Assembly (NCBI RefSeq): GCF_035594765.1 | Contig: NC_085844.1 | Span: 240,080,107 to 240,144,106 of the forward strand | Source: Anolis carolinensis | Taxonomy: Eukaryota | Direction: 5' to 3' | Length of the DNA stretch: 64,000 bases | In this document: piece by piece, positions 1 to 12,749 of the stretch | Position numbering within the stretch: the first letter of the stretch is position 1 | Layout of the letters: every line of letters starts with the position of its first letter | Position numbers and translations under genes: made by a program | Notes under the pieces: generated by a model | Seen by the model: only the letters and a program-made list of their open reading frames with translations | What the model was told of the DNA's origin: nothing | Databases searched by the model: none

Positions 1-99
1 GGAAGAATAGTAATCTCAGCTTAAGGTAGTTTGATACCAAGATTTCTCCATTTTTGTGTCCAAAAGAAAGAAACAAGCTGGGCACAACCCAGTCGATAT

Positions 100-653
100 T
101 ACGAGGTTGAATGAAAAGTAATGCCTCCACCTTCATAATACCTCAACAGATAGCAGTACTGGTATGCAGCAGGTACGGGCTTGTTCAGTAGACTCTCCTC
201 TACAGTTCCATTTGGTGGGAAGCCTTAGCATAGAACGGTTGAGTTGTTAAAGTGTGAAGTATGGAACCCTACGCAGACGGTCAATGAGACTTAAGCAACA
301 TGCAGTCATTGAATTCTTGACAGCAGAAGGTGTCACCCCAAAGGAGAAAGGCGTCACCTTCATTCTCGTAACACAAGAGGAGTTCCTGGCAAATTTCAAG
401 TCTGTGTGCTTTCATTTCAGGCATCAGCATCAGAATTCAACGACTGCACATTGCTTAAGTTGCATTGACGACAGTCTGCGCAGGGTTCCATACTTTGCAC
501 CTTAACAACACAACCGTTCAATGCTAAGGCTTCCTGCCAAATGGAACTGTAGAGGAGAGTCTACTGAACAAGCCAGTACCTGCCGCATACCAGTACTGCC
601 ATCTGTTGAGGAGTTACGAAGGTGGAGGCATTACTTTTCATTCAACCCTCGTA
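100..653. mobile_element. Non-autonomous mariner (Galluhop-like) fold-back element
   Basis: TA-flanked; termini TACGAG(G)TTGAATGAAAAGTAATGCCTCC inverted at both ends; about 215-bp inverted arms; left arm encodes mariner-like N-terminal KQHAVIEFLTAEG. Confidence 0.85.
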
Positions 654-661
654 GTATTAGA

Positions 662-664
<3 letters not shown>

Positions 665-696
<32 letters not shown>
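665..696. repeat. (CA)n microsatellite
   Basis: direct reading. Confidence 0.98.
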
Positions 697-697
<1 letters not shown>

Positions 698-857
698 CAT
701 TGAACAAATGTGCTTAGAGCTCTCTTTGAAGTCAATGGTATGTTAAAGTGCTCAGCCCTACAGTGAGCTGCCTATGGAAGAAAGAAAATGAAATGGCTTT
801 TGAAGATGTAATGATTCAATAAACAGAATAGTACAAGCTGTAATACATATCAGTTAG

Positions 858-985
858 GTACTCTAGGCCACATTTCAGAGAAAGGAACAAGCAAAACCAT
901 CTCTGAACATTCCTTGCCTAAGAAAGACCTATAAAATGCATGGGGCCTCCACAAGTTGACAGGTTGCTTGAAGGCATATATCCAC
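858..985 (+). mobile_element. 3' part of a BovB-tailed SINE (5S-Sauria type)
   Basis: similar to the 3' half of the copies at 1125-1335 and 20575-20806; ends in GCTTGAAGGCATATA followed by (CA)n. Confidence 0.6.
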
Positions 986-1124
986 ACACACACACACACA
1001 CACACGTAATCATGTAGCTTTTACATCCTCATTAATTAGGGTGTAAAGTTCTTGACATCAAACAAAGGACAGGAATTACATGATCAACATTAGTTTGCCT
1101 TTGATTAAGAAATGTGGTTTCCAC

Positions 1125-1335
1125 CTAAGCAACTAATCCCATCTGATCTTGGAAGCTAAGCAAGATCAAAGTTGAACCTTGGATGGGTGACCATCAACAA
1201 ATGCCGGGTTTTGCAAGCTGTATTTCAGGGAAAGGACTGGTAAAACCTCATCTGAGTGCTCCTTGACCAAGAAAACCTTATGACATGCATAGGTTGCCAC
1301 AAATGGACAGGTAATTTGAAAGCAAATACACACAT
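1125..1335 (+). mobile_element. 5S rRNA-derived SINE (5S-Sauria type)
   Basis: TCTGATCTTGGAAGCTAAGCA...TTGGATGGGTGACC matches the 5S rRNA internal control region, followed by a BovB-like tail. Confidence 0.8.
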
Positions 1336-2214
1336 GCATACATGTACAGATACTAGTTACATATAAATTGATCCATTTCAAAGGCATCTTTGTCCACAGC
1401 TCAGAAAAGTAACTTTGTTAGACTACAGTTATCTAACAACCTCATCATATGCAGGTTCCTCTCTATTTGTGCCACAGGGCTTGCTGGCTCCCATCCCATG
1501 ACATAGAGCTACTTCTGGTGGGGCTCGGTCATGCAAATGAAGAGAACCAGCACATGCTTCCCATGTTGTATAGGGCTCAATAGGGGGAGGCCAGGCATCG
1601 GATACTTTCCCCTATGGGATCAGGGAAGGGGGAAGTTGGGCAGTGTGGGGCATGGGGCAATGGGTTCCCTCGCCCCAAACTGGATTCATCACGATGCGTG
1701 GCAATTCTGGCGGCTCATGTGATAAGGTAATCATGCTGAATGAAACTTTTCTAAGTATAAATTATGTTCCGAAGCCTCTGAGATGTTGCCTTTCAGCTCA
1801 TGCAGATAATTAAAAAAAATACTCCAGTTACAAAAGCCAGCAAGAAGCCTGCTCAAAGCAGGAGTCAATATCCATAATCTTCCGGGGACCTCTGAGGATT
1901 GTCCCATCCTGCGTCCTACAAGAGCTTTCCTACCAATTTCCTCTCCTGTTAGATTTTGTGCACCCTTTGAGTTACACACTGTTCAGCAAAAACAAAAACA
2001 ACACTACAGGATGTAGTTATAGTTTTTAAATGGAAAGATCTTTCAGTAACCCAAATTGGAGGCTCTGGGAGTTAATTGTTTTCAGCTCAGAACAAATTTT
2101 TGAATTCAGGCAGACTTCAGAAAATGAACCAGGTTGATCCATTACGGGAGACATGGGGGGGATACAGGAGTTTGTAAGACTTTTCAATAATAGATCTAAC
2201 ATTGATTAGGGTAT

Positions 2215-2395
2215 AGTGTTAGAAGCGACCACAAGAGCCATCCAGTCCAACTCCATTCTGCCAGGCAGGAATACACAATCAAAGCACTCCCGAGAGATGG
2301 CTATCCAGGCTGTTTAAAAACTTCCAAAGAAGGAGACTCCACCACACTCCAAAGTACCATATTCCACTATCAAACAGCTTTTGCCATCAGAAGGA
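2215..2395 (-). mobile_element. CR1 LINE 3' fragment
   Basis: reverse complement of the CR1 3' end seen at 43180-43340. Confidence 0.75.
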
Positions 2396-2468
2396 TTCAT
2401 AGTCTTTGGGTGCTGGGTCTGCCTCTTGCTGATCTTGACTTTAGACATAATAAAAGTTGCTTCTAAAG

Positions 2469-2593
2469 CAGGCATGGGCAAACTTCAGCCCTCCGGGTGT
2501 TTTGGACTTTAATTGCCACAATTCCTAACAGCCGGTAGGTTGTTAGGAATTGAACTCTAAAACATCTGGAGGGCCGAAGTTTGCCCATGTCTG
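2469..2593. mobile_element. hAT MITE
   Basis: TIR CAGGCATGGGCAAACTT; perfect 8-bp TSD TTCTAAAG at 2461-2468 and 2594-2601. Confidence 0.92.
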
Positions 2594-3195
2594 TTCTAAA
2601 GAGTTGAAGAAACATTTGCAAAATCATTAGATTGTGAAAAGATTCTCAGATTTCTTCAGCATAACTATTTGTGAAATGAGAGCATACATTTTAAAGTGGT
2701 GTGTCTGTTTTCAAAGAGAAAGAGAAGCTAGATACTGTAGTTTTCTCAGACTTCGAAAGTCAGCTTTGCTTGGCAGAGGGAGCAAATATTAAACTACCTC
2801 CAATTTGCTCACCATGATGTGTATATAATTTAGCTATTACTTGCAGCTACCCACTGAGATGGAAAACACAGAAACCATACTTATGTGTATAACGAAGCAT
2901 GCTTTTTTCATATTTCTTTTGCATGTTTTCTTTTCCAGAAGGGGAAAAGTCTGCAATTGTTGTTATTTTGCAGGAAGAACTGTTTGTTTTCTCATTATTC
3001 CTTTTCAGCTCAGAAAGACTACCGATGTATTCATACCAATATGAAAGGATAGGAACAGAAAGAGCATTAAGAAATAGTGTATGAGTGAAACAAAGTTCGA
3101 ACTTTATTTTGTACCAATCAAAACAGCACAACTATTTTATATTGTTGTTTGTACCATATTTATGCACACATACATATTCTTACACAGAGAAAAAG

Positions 3196-3426
3196 ATTCA
3201 GTCTTCTAGATTCACAAATTCTGCATCCACAGATTCTATCATCCAAGGCTGAAAATATTTTCCCCTCAAAAAAATTCTGAAAAGCAAAGCTTGTTTTTGC
3301 CATTTTAAATAACAGACAGCATTTTGCTGTGCAATTGTATGCAATGGGACTTGAGCATCCACAGATTTCAATATCCATGGGTCCTGGAATCAATCAATTC
3401 CCAACAGATACCAAGGGTCCACTATA
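3196..3426. mobile_element. Tigger/MER2-like MITE
   Basis: GGGACTTGAGCATCCACAGATT...GATACCAAGGGTCCACTATA; related copies at 19129-19356 and 42379-43485. Confidence 0.7.
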
Positions 3427-4086
3427 AACACAAAACAGAAATGGAGTCGATGTTTTCAATGTGCTTTTAGTGCCCTAGCAATCTTGGTTCAGAAATGAGT
3501 AACAGCTTTGCAGATTTATTGTGCATCAAAGCGCAATTGGTGCGTTGGCATTGTGCTCAAATGTCATAAATAAAGTCCTTCCAAATGGCCTTGTTTGGTC
3601 ATTTCTCACAGAAGCCTTTATCACAGCCAGACACAGTTCTTTGTCATTGGCCTAAAGAATATAAGGGACACCCTGCTGGGTTAAGCCAGAAGTGGATCTG
3701 TCTAGTCTGGTATTCTGTTTCTTCCAAGATGAGGAATCAGATGGATTGGTGAATCATACAAGGACATCATGAGGACATCCTAAGTCAATTGCCTCTAGTT
3801 TCTGATATGCACCCAAAATGTAGGAAGTTATTTTTGAAAAGGAAATAGTTACTGCATTCATTTTTCTGACACTTAACAGAGAAATTACTGATCACTGTTG
3901 CTGCATTCCAGCAGGATAACTCAAGATGGAAGTTGTTACTAAGGAGTTCCAATTGTGAAACTGGGAAATTCAAGAAAATGGCCTCCTAAATGGCCAATTC
4001 AGATATTGCACTTTGGAAGTCCAGACAAAATGTATTGCAAAGCAATCCTTCCCCAATTGTAGCAAACAGCAGACACCCATGTAACC

Positions 4087-4088
4087 CT

Positions 4089-4164
<76 letters not shown>

Positions 4165-4166
4165 TT
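4087..4166. repeat. (CTTT)n microsatellite
   Basis: direct reading. Confidence 0.98.
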
Positions 4167-4854
4167 CCTCCTGTTAATCAGTCCATACACCCTGGCCTAG
4201 AATGATTACTAGGCAATCAATCCCTTTCCATTATACTGAAAAGCAAAGGACTGAAGACATATTCACCACAGGCAGAAAATTAACTCCATTCCAAGTTGTT
4301 ACATGGGTTACCAAGCTCCTCTTTCCCCATTTGAAACTATACCCCAAATAGCTCCTTTTAGTTCAAACTAAAACCCAATGGAAATTATCTGGCCTGCTGA
4401 TACCATTGTTACTATTGTGCAAGTCTTTGCAATTTCATGACTACATTAGCGTATCCACTAAATCCAGAAACTTACAATATGATTATGGACGATAATTCTC
4501 AGAAATCCTAGACAACAAGGCAACTGAGTGAGTTGGTTGGGGATTCTTTTGGCCAAATATAACTTTTCTTATCTTTGGTCAAATCATTCTGTGGGTAAGT
4601 GCTCCTAAGACTAGAATGATTGTGAAAACATGTACTCAGCATTTCATATTTTAATCAACAATTTCCCCAATATAGCAACACCTTTTTGTTTTGATAAAGA
4701 GAGGTGGTCTCTTATTAAAACAAGGGAGGAAATCCTGTGGTCCTGCAAATGTTGTTGGAGTGCAGCTACCAGCATTCCTCACCATTGGCTATGTTGGTTA
4801 AGCAAGTAGGAATTACAGACCAACAATATCTGGAAGGCAACATGAATTTCATAT

Positions 4855-5073
4855 GTGCACCTACATTGTAGGAGTAATGCATTTTGACACCACTTTAATG
4901 CCCATGGCTCAATACGATGGCATCATGAGAGTTATAGTATTACAAGGTCTTTAGCTATGTCAGCCAAAGTATGGTGGTGCCTTTCCAAACTACAATTTCC
5001 AAGATTCTATAACATTGAAATATGGCAATTAAAATGGTGTCAAACTGCAATAATTCTACAGTGTATATGCACC
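4855..5073. mobile_element. Palindromic MITE (PIF/Harbinger-like)
   Basis: inverted arms TTTGACACCACTTTAA / TTAAAATGGTGTCAAA; ends TACAGTGTATATGCACCC. Confidence 0.6.
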
Positions 5074-6770
5074 CATAGAAAAGACAAGACGCCAGGGGAA
5101 GCTTGAGCTAGAAAGGGACATTGAAGGCAAATGAATCCACAGCACCCACTATGGCTCTTCATTGAATAGTGATGCCTTATGTGATGCAGTCTCCCACTTT
5201 TCCTCTCGTATACTCTCAGCATGACCTTCATATATTGCCTTCAGAAATTGTGAAGTTTCTGTCACTTCTACCAAAAGGAAAGTTTAAAGCAGAGGAAAGC
5301 AAAGGAAGGCTTAAAGTAGAAAAGACAATGAAAGCAGATGAATCTAGAGCTCCCACTATTGCCCTCCTACGATTAGTTCCTTGGCCCAACTTCAAAAACC
5401 CTAAGAAAGTTATTTTAAGTCTCAAAAAAGATCTATACTATCCCAACCACCAACTAGATAATGGGGGAGAAATACATGGCACAGAAAAAGGAAGAGGGTG
5501 GCAGAAGGAAGTTGGCTTCTCTACTTTGTCTGAAGTAGATAAAATGTCTCTACTTCTCTACTTCTCCATAAGTCGACAAACAACTTAAGGGCACACATGG
5601 ACCGAAAATGTGAAACTATGCTTCCATGTGCACCTATGTGCCCACAGAGATAGAAACAAGTAGATGGGAGTCGGTGATCTATTCCCTTTATATTTTTCCT
5701 ATTCTATTGCTTCCTTGCCTACAGACTGATGATTTCAAGTCTTACTGACTTCCAGGACACTCCAAAGTGTTTCTTTTTTAAGGGGGCAAGCTTAACTTTG
5801 ATATGTGGGTCATTTTTAATCTTCCCTCCTTGCAGGTATTTGCATGGTAAACACATTCCTTTTCCCATCCATTATCATAGAAACATCCTTCAATACTAAA
5901 TCTTTTTACACAATGTGTTCCTAGAAATGCTCATGGCAGTGTACTCCCATGTAATTGCACATAGGATAGATTGCAAGCGGTCTTTACTAGTCCTGGGAAA
6001 GACTCAATGGCAATATCTGTCAGCATATCTCACTGCTTGATCAGTTACCCCACTTGTGAGTGATAATTTCTGCAATGGGTCAACCACAGTGAGGTCCCTT
6101 TAATATCCACAGTTTCACTTAGAAATTAGCTAGATCCTCTAGGCAATTCTATGGTATACTTGTTGTAGAGTACCTTACAAATTCCCAGGAATGTTTGGGT
6201 CCTCCATGGTGACTCTATGGTGTGATGGGACCATAATGGTCTTGGTCATATCTGTGCTTTTAGCTAGCTGTATCCAGCTGAGAAAATATCCCCCACGGAC
6301 AAGGGGATCCTGCTGTAGATTGGAGTCTTAGAGATCCAATTTTGCCAAACTACCATGTTTTAAAGAGGGCACATCCCCCTATATTTTCATCTTGGGGGTG
6401 TCAAGCCCTTACCATTTCTGGATCCCTGCTGCCCTTCTAGCGTTCTTCTTCTTCATGCAGACTTTTTCTGAATTATGTGGATGGAGCCCATCCTTATCTA
6501 CTGAAGTAAGCTGAGGGCAAAAGGAGGAAATGGGAGAAGGAGAGCAAAACTGGGATATTGGAAAAAGAAGTTGAACAGGTGGGACGATAGAGGATATTGG
6601 GACAGTTAGAGTATATGGGCTTTCAAGTCAACATAGAGCTCTCCACAACTGCAATCCATGAATGAATTTTACTCTCGGCCAGCTGAAAATATTCCATGGA
6701 TCAACCTGACTGAGTACTGACCAAGGAATAACATCTTCCACTAGGGAGAAGCCTAGTGAATCATCAGAAA

Positions 6771-7700
6771 TTTTATTTATTTATTTGCTGTATTGGGCTG
6801 TGGCGCAGGTTGGTGAGCAGCTGCTGCAATAAATCACTCTGACCATGAGGTCATGAGTTCGAGGCCAGCCCGTGGCGGGGTGAGCACCCATCAATTAAAA
6901 ATAAAATATATAGCCCCTGCTCGTTGCTGACCTAGCAACCCGAAAGATAGTTGCATCTATCAAGTAGGAAATAAGGTACCACTTAAAAAAGTGGGGAGGC
7001 AAGTTTAACTAATTTACAACGTTGGAATGAGGAAGTGAGGAAGTGCCATCAGAGTGGATGATGAAGCAGCTGCTCCCCCCTGCGGCCAGAATCGAACATC
7101 CCCTCAGGAGAAGGTTAAATTGCCTCTGCGTCTGTCTGTCTGCCTCTGTCTTGGTTTGATGTGTTTATAGGCACTGAATGTTTGCCCTGTATGTGTATAA
7201 TGTGATCCGCCCTGAGTCCCCTACGGGGTGAGAAGGGCGGAATATAAATACTGTAAGTAAATAAATAAATAAATAAATAAATATCCCGCTCTTCTCAACC
7301 CCGAAGGGGACTCAGAGCAGCTTACAGATTATGGCAAAATTCAATGCCGCATTATACGACAAATAATAAATATAACATATCAAATTATAAAACAATTAAA
7401 ACATATAAACGGAATAAAACAGATCAAAACATCATTTAAATAGAGCAGATGTTCCATCAGGAGAGGAATGAGACACAAACCTGGGGTCGCAGTGGCAGCA
7501 TTCACTCGAGAGGGCCCAGGTGAATCAAGGGCCATGGCTGGAAGAAACAAATGCCGGTATCTCCGTGCTGACCCCAGGATGCTGAAATGGAGGCTGGTCA
7601 AGACGAAGTCCGGCAGCACCAAGCAGCCAGAGTGAGTCCCCAAGAGCTGATCCAGGGGCAGCAAGGGAAACAAACACTGCCCCTTCTCTCAACGCCCTGG
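6771..7700 (-). mobile_element. L2 LINE 3' end, interrupted by a SINE
   Basis: (TTTA)n tail at 6771-6793 resumes at 7281 with ATATCCCGCTCTTCTC..GGGGACTCAGAGCAGCTTAC (reverse L2-type tail). Confidence 0.65.
6795..7281 (+). mobile_element. Anolis SINE2-type tRNA SINE, full length
   Basis: GGGCTGTGGCGCAG head, GAGTTCGAGGCC B-box, L2-like tail CCGCCCTGAGTCCCC..GGGGTGAGAAGGGCGG, (TAAA)n. Confidence 0.85.
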
Positions 7701-8190
7701 TGATGGTATCTTCATTTCTTGCTTGGTCCTTTTTTTGCTCCAGCTTCTGGCACAGCAGGTGTTGCTTGCTGGCCTTGCTTCACAGAGTCAGAGCCTCTGT
7801 TCTGGCAGGAGTGAGTCCCCAGGAGCTTATTATTATGTAAATACCTATGAGTTCCAAAGATGTTCAGAAACCACTGGGCTTCAACTATTTTATCCTTTTG
7901 GTGAAATCCATCTAATATAAATTCATCGGTTCTCACCTCTTTCATTCATTAGTTACATCCCATTTACAGAAGGTCACAGAAGTTTGGGAGAGTTATGAGA
8001 TTTATCCTTTTTTCCTCTCCTTCTTATCCTTTCTATGCCTTTTTTGTTCTTATGTAACACAGTTAAATGTCAACAATGAGGGCAAAATTTAGTGCAACTT
8101 CAAGCAGCTGTTGCTTGTAGGGTAATTAGCTATGATCTGCATGTGCATTTTTGTGACAGGGGAACTTTTAAGTCTTTGTTTCACACTCAC

Positions 8191-8515
8191 TTGTAGCCAG
8201 AAGGAAATATCCTTCTCTCTGCCCTTATCCCTCCAGGATACATGTTTCACCCGAAGCATTTTGTCTCGTAAATTCCTGGCAGGCTTTGTGTCAGCCTCGC
8301 TGGCAGAGTTTGAAAGGTTGAATAGGTTCTCCCATCCAGACTTCCTCCCCAAATTCTGCCGATATCAGAACCATGCCTTGTTCTGATAGGAAGCCTGGAA
8401 GCCTGCCAGAACGTCTTGCCCTTTCTTTTAAAGAAAAGCCTATTCTAGCTTGGCTGTTCATGGTAAAAGAGAAACTATAACCCAGGATTGGAGCTCAAAA
8501 TACACCTTTTGGTGC
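8191..8515 (-). other. Candidate spliced exon (325 bp) of a minus-strand host transcript
   Basis: acceptor TCCTCTTTTCTTCAG|GCACC, donor CTACAA|GTGAGT; unique sequence; contains a 56-aa internal ORF and late ATGs open to the donor. Confidence 0.5.
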
Positions 8516-8569
8516 CTGAAGAAAAGAGGAACATGATGCATCTCCCACTCCACATGCAAAAAACATCTC

Positions 8570-8830
8570 AACTGGCTGCTGAGTGAGTAGGGCTATGATG
8601 AAAAACCTTATTTTCAATATTGCAGCTGTTTTTAAAATAATTTTGGGTGCTGAATTCAAAACACACAATTAAAAATGTCATACGACACACAGTTCGTTCA
8701 CAACTTTCATCATTTATTTCATTCAGTAACATATAACAATCATAAAAATGGCAAAGCAAGTTGTGAAAAATCTGTAAGTGATGAAGCAAATCTGAGGTCA
8801 TTTTGGGATTTAGAACACTAAACATCTATA
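8570..8830. mobile_element. Old DNA-transposon fragment (Chapaev-like)
   Basis: TTTTGGGTGCTGAATTCAAAA and related motifs resemble Chapaev3 subterminal sequence; no TSD seen. Confidence 0.35.
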
Positions 8831-8988
8831 CACCATCATACATTTTAAAAAGGTTTTTATAATCCTCAATTGCAAGTATCCTTCATCCTACCTGGATGCA
8901 TAGGTGAGCATACAGTACAGATGGATGATCCATGGTCAAGTTTTATCTCCATGCTCTGTTTGTGTGCCCTCCAAATGTCCTAGAGGTA

Positions 8989-9251
8989 TTTTTTTCATGT
9001 CAGGAGCGACTTGAGAAACTGCAAGTAGCTTCAGGTATGAGAGAATTGGCCATGTGCAAGGATGTTGCCCAGGGGATACCCGGATATTGGATGTTTTGCC
9101 ATCCTTGTGGGAGGCTTCCCTCATGTCCCTGCATGGGGAGCTGGAGCTGATAGAGGGAGCTCACCCGCTCTCCCCGGATTCAAACTGCTGACCCATCGGT
9201 CAGCAGTCCTGCTGGCATAAAGGTTTAACGCATTGCGCCACTGGGGGCTCC
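8989..9251 (-). mobile_element. Squam2-type tRNA SINE
   Basis: reverse of GGAGCCCCC..GGCGCAATG..CAAGTCGCTCCTGACATG(A)n; near-TSD ATGT(C/T)CTAGAG. Confidence 0.85.
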
Positions 9252-9489
9252 ATGTTCTAGAGTGAAATAAATGAATAGCATTCTCTTTATGAAAGGAAAT
9301 TATGGAAGATGTAAAGGAACAAAGCAAATCCGAGTCCAAAATAGCAGAGTCATTACCCTTGGTGATGGTTCCTATTGCATAGCATCCTGTGTAACCCATT
9401 GCTGTCCTGTCACCACCCCATGATAATCCATCCCCTCCTATTGATGGGGAAACCCATCAACAGTCACAGACTATATCACTTACCAGGGG

Positions 9490-9779
9490 TTTTTATTCAT
9501 GTCAGGAGCAACTTGAGAAACTGCAAGTCACTTATTTTGTGAGAGAATTGACCATCTGCAAGGACATTGCCTAGGGGACGCCCAGATGTTTTTGATGTTT
9601 TACCATCCTTGTAGGAGGCTTCTCTCATGTCTCCACATGGAGCTGGAGTTGATAGAGGGAGCTCATCCGCACTCTCCCCAGGTTGGATTCGAATCAGCAA
9701 CCTTCAGGTCAGCAACCCAACCTTCAAGTCAGCAGTCTGCCAGCACAAGGGTTTAATCCATTGGAACACTGGGGGCTCC
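9490..9779 (-). mobile_element. Squam2-type tRNA SINE
   Basis: same family as 8989-9251; TACCAG on both flanks. Confidence 0.85.
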
Positions 9780-9945
9780 TACCAGTACTTACCAGGTACT
9801 ATGAACCTATTCTGCCTCTGTGCCAGCTTGCCAGTGCTGAAGTAGCACCAGGAGATGGAATTCTCCTCCTCACCCACTCTCCCCTACACCTCCACAGTAA
9901 TTCACTGATTTTAAATTTTGGGGTTAATTTTGTTAACTTGTGCTA

Positions 9946-10097
9946 NNNNNNNNNNNNNNNNNNNNNNNNNNNNNNNNNNNNNNNNNNNNNNNNNNNNNNN
10001 NNNNNNNNNNNNNNNNNNNNNNNNNNNNNNNNNNNNNNNNNNNNNNNNNNNNNNNNNNNNNNNNNNNNNNNNNNNNNNNNNNNNNNNNNNNNNNNNN
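9946..10097. other. Assembly gap (152 N)
   Basis: run of N. Confidence 1.
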
Positions 10098-10321
10098 GAG
10101 AAGGCAGTGTTATGAAGCTAAGTGGAAGTATAGCCACAGGGTCATGGATCTTTGAATGGGCATGGTTGCGTTAATGTAGAAAGGTATGATAGCAAAGGTG
10201 ATCATCCCAGCATGTTGTTGCTATCTCTGACAATTTGACTGTTGCAGAATAGCAACTTCACAGAATAAAGACCTTATAATGCAACTACCCAAAAAACAAA
10301 CAAAAAACAACCAATAATGTT

Positions 10322-10543
10322 GGGCTGTGGCGCAGGCGGGAGAGCAAACCAGCTGCAATTAACTGCAATGAATCACTCTGACCAGGAGGTCATGAGTTCG
10401 AGGCCCCTCAGAGCCTATGTTTGTTTGTCTTTGTTCTATGTTAAAAGGCATTGAATGTTTGCCTATATGTGTAATGTGACCGCCCTGAGTCCCCTTCGGG
10501 GTGAGAAGGGCGGAATGTAATTGCTGTAAATAAATAAAAAATA
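10322..10543 (+). mobile_element. Anolis SINE2-type SINE, short variant
   Basis: same head and tail as 6795-7281 but lacks the centre; AATAATGT TSD. Confidence 0.85.
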
Positions 10544-12014
10544 ATGTGAGCACATTAGCAAAAGTTAGCATTTCTTTTCCCAGGTATTGGTATTGTTTGT
10601 CTACATCAGTCTGCCTGAACATTCAGGTGGTTCCCATGTCAGAAGAGGAATGGATCCACTGTGGTTTAAGGATAATGAGGCAGATTTTAAAGATGATATC
10701 TGAAGGTTTGGGGCATGAGTTCAGCACCTAGGACAGCTTCTTAATTGGGCTAAACTAAAGCCTGAGGTGAATTAAATGCTCAGCTGACCTGGCAACCAGC
10801 AGCCAGTATTATGAGAGAGCACAATCTTTTTAAATAGGAATGGGAAATGGAATAAGGCATTGTTGTCATTGCTGCTCCAACACCATTTCAGAAGCAAGCA
10901 GCAATAACTTTAAGTAATGATGGGAACTCTCTGGGTCCAATGTCTGCAGAGCACATGAAAGCCATCTCTTCCACGCTGCTCTGGCTTCCCTAGGGTGATG
11001 TGGCTAGCTAACAACTACTCTATACAATCCCTTTGGAGTTCAGTAGAGGAGTATATACATACAGAAAGAGCTCCAGCATCAACTCATTCCCATATATATT
11101 ACTCTTCCACATAACATGACATCCTTTGCGCTTGGTTGCTTAGCTGCTTGCTTCCTTAAAACCAATAAACAAGGCACAGGGATTCATATCTGGGACCCTT
11201 AAAAATTCTGGTTGCATATGTGCCTATGGGATTTGATGCTCTTTCTAGGAACCCCTATGTGCAATAATGAGAGATGGATGCTTTTTGAAAGAGACTGTCG
11301 CCATATGGACACTTCGCATTCAGCCAGGTTCACTTGGTCCTCTCCCTTCTCTTATGTCTTTTTGTATCCACAGAAAATCAACCATAATGAGTAAGATGAA
11401 AAAGAATGACTTGGAGGAAGCAGCTCACTACAACTTGGCTAGGTAATGTGAAACCTAACCTGCCTGACCCCCTGCCCTACTCACATCAACATTTCCCTGC
11501 TTCTGAAGCTCTCTGGCTCTTTGGCCCTTTCGCATCTCCTGCTGAAGCATAGAAAGAGAGCATCTTTTCAAACAACCCTGTGTGTTTCCAAGTTAATTAG
11601 ACCCTTTGACAAAGGACATGCTACATGTTCATGTTCACTTAATTGGAGATGAAGGATTCTAGTTCCACCTGAACTGGTCTGTGCTCCGCAGCTGGATTCG
11701 AGTTCAGGGGCAGTTGTGAGAACATTGTAATGAAACCCTAGTAACCTATTCCCCTTTGGGGAACACACTGAGTGCAGGGAAATTTGGCCCAGAAAGCTAT
11801 GTGAAGAAAAGGAATGTTTTCCTATGAAATACTTACACTCTAAAATACTTCCTCTCCAAGTATCTTTAACCTTGCCTATATTCCATGCCCATACTTACCA
11901 CGAGCTCATTCACCCTACAGAATTATAGTACTGTGCCTGTGGAATCCTTGGGTTTGTAGTTTGTTGGGGTGCTAGAGTTCTTTGAGAGATACATCTAAAT
12001 ATGTATGTCTAAGC

Positions 12015-12536
12015 CTTCAATTGCCATCTAGCCTGCTAATTGCACCCTTTATACATGTTTTAACAGATGATTTTTTTTTTTCGTGTCAGGAGCAACTTGA
12101 GAAAGTGCAAGTCACTTCTGGTGTTAGAGAATTGGCCGTCTGCAAGGACGTTGCCCAGGGGATGCCCGGATGTTTTGAAGTTTTTACCATCCTTGTAGGA
12201 GGCTTCTCTCATGTCCCCACATGGAGCTGGAGCTGATAGAGGGAGCTCATCCGCGCTGTCCCTGGGTTGGATTCAAACCTGGCAGCCTTCAGGTCAGCAA
12301 CCGAACCTTCAAGTCACAAGGCTTTAACCCACTACACCACAAAAAAAAAAAAAACAGACGATGGTTCTTTCATCCCACCCTGGACATTCAATTTGCTTGA
12401 CTACCATCCAATCCTCCAAAGATGCCAGCCACAGATGCAGGTGAAACAACTGGAGAAAATGCTGCTAGAACACAGCCATACAGCTCGGAAACCACACAAC
12501 ACCCCAGTGATTCTGGCCTTGAAAGCCTTTGACAAT
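12015..12536 (+). mobile_element. Penelope-like element 3' fragment
   Basis: CCCACCCTGGACATT..GATGCAGGTGAAAC..CAGTGATTCTGGCCTTGAAAGCCTTTGACAAT; similar to 54240-54605. Confidence 0.75.
12071..12340 (-). mobile_element. Squam2-type SINE nested in Penelope
   Basis: family match; AACAGA(T/C)GA duplicated on the flanks. Confidence 0.85.
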
Positions 12537-12749
12537 GCCTTCAAGTTGCCTGATGACTCTGGAAGATCCATGAATTTTGTAGGGTTTTCATAAACAATGA
12601 ATACTCAGAAATGGCTTTTCCTGTTCCCACCAAAGCTGATCCTGCTAAGCTTCCAAGATCAAATCCCCCTCCCCATATGGTAAACCCCAGGGATTTGTTG
12701 AACATAGTCATAATTGTTCATGTGCAAACATAGTAGTATACCATCATGA

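Noticed and set aside
1125-1230. 5S rRNA gene (also near 20575, 34400 and 62290)
   Set aside because: Diverged, partial and fused to a BovB-like tail; these are SINE heads, not rRNA genes.
3990-4205. ORFs with FFLS / KKER repeats
   Set aside because: Translation of a (CTTT)n microsatellite.
5169-5588. 139-aa ORF
   Set aside because: No recognisable domain, non-ATG start, no convincing splice context; consistent with chance.
9683-10174. Long ORFs crossing N runs (also 13190-13730)
   Set aside because: Artefacts of assembly gaps and repeats.
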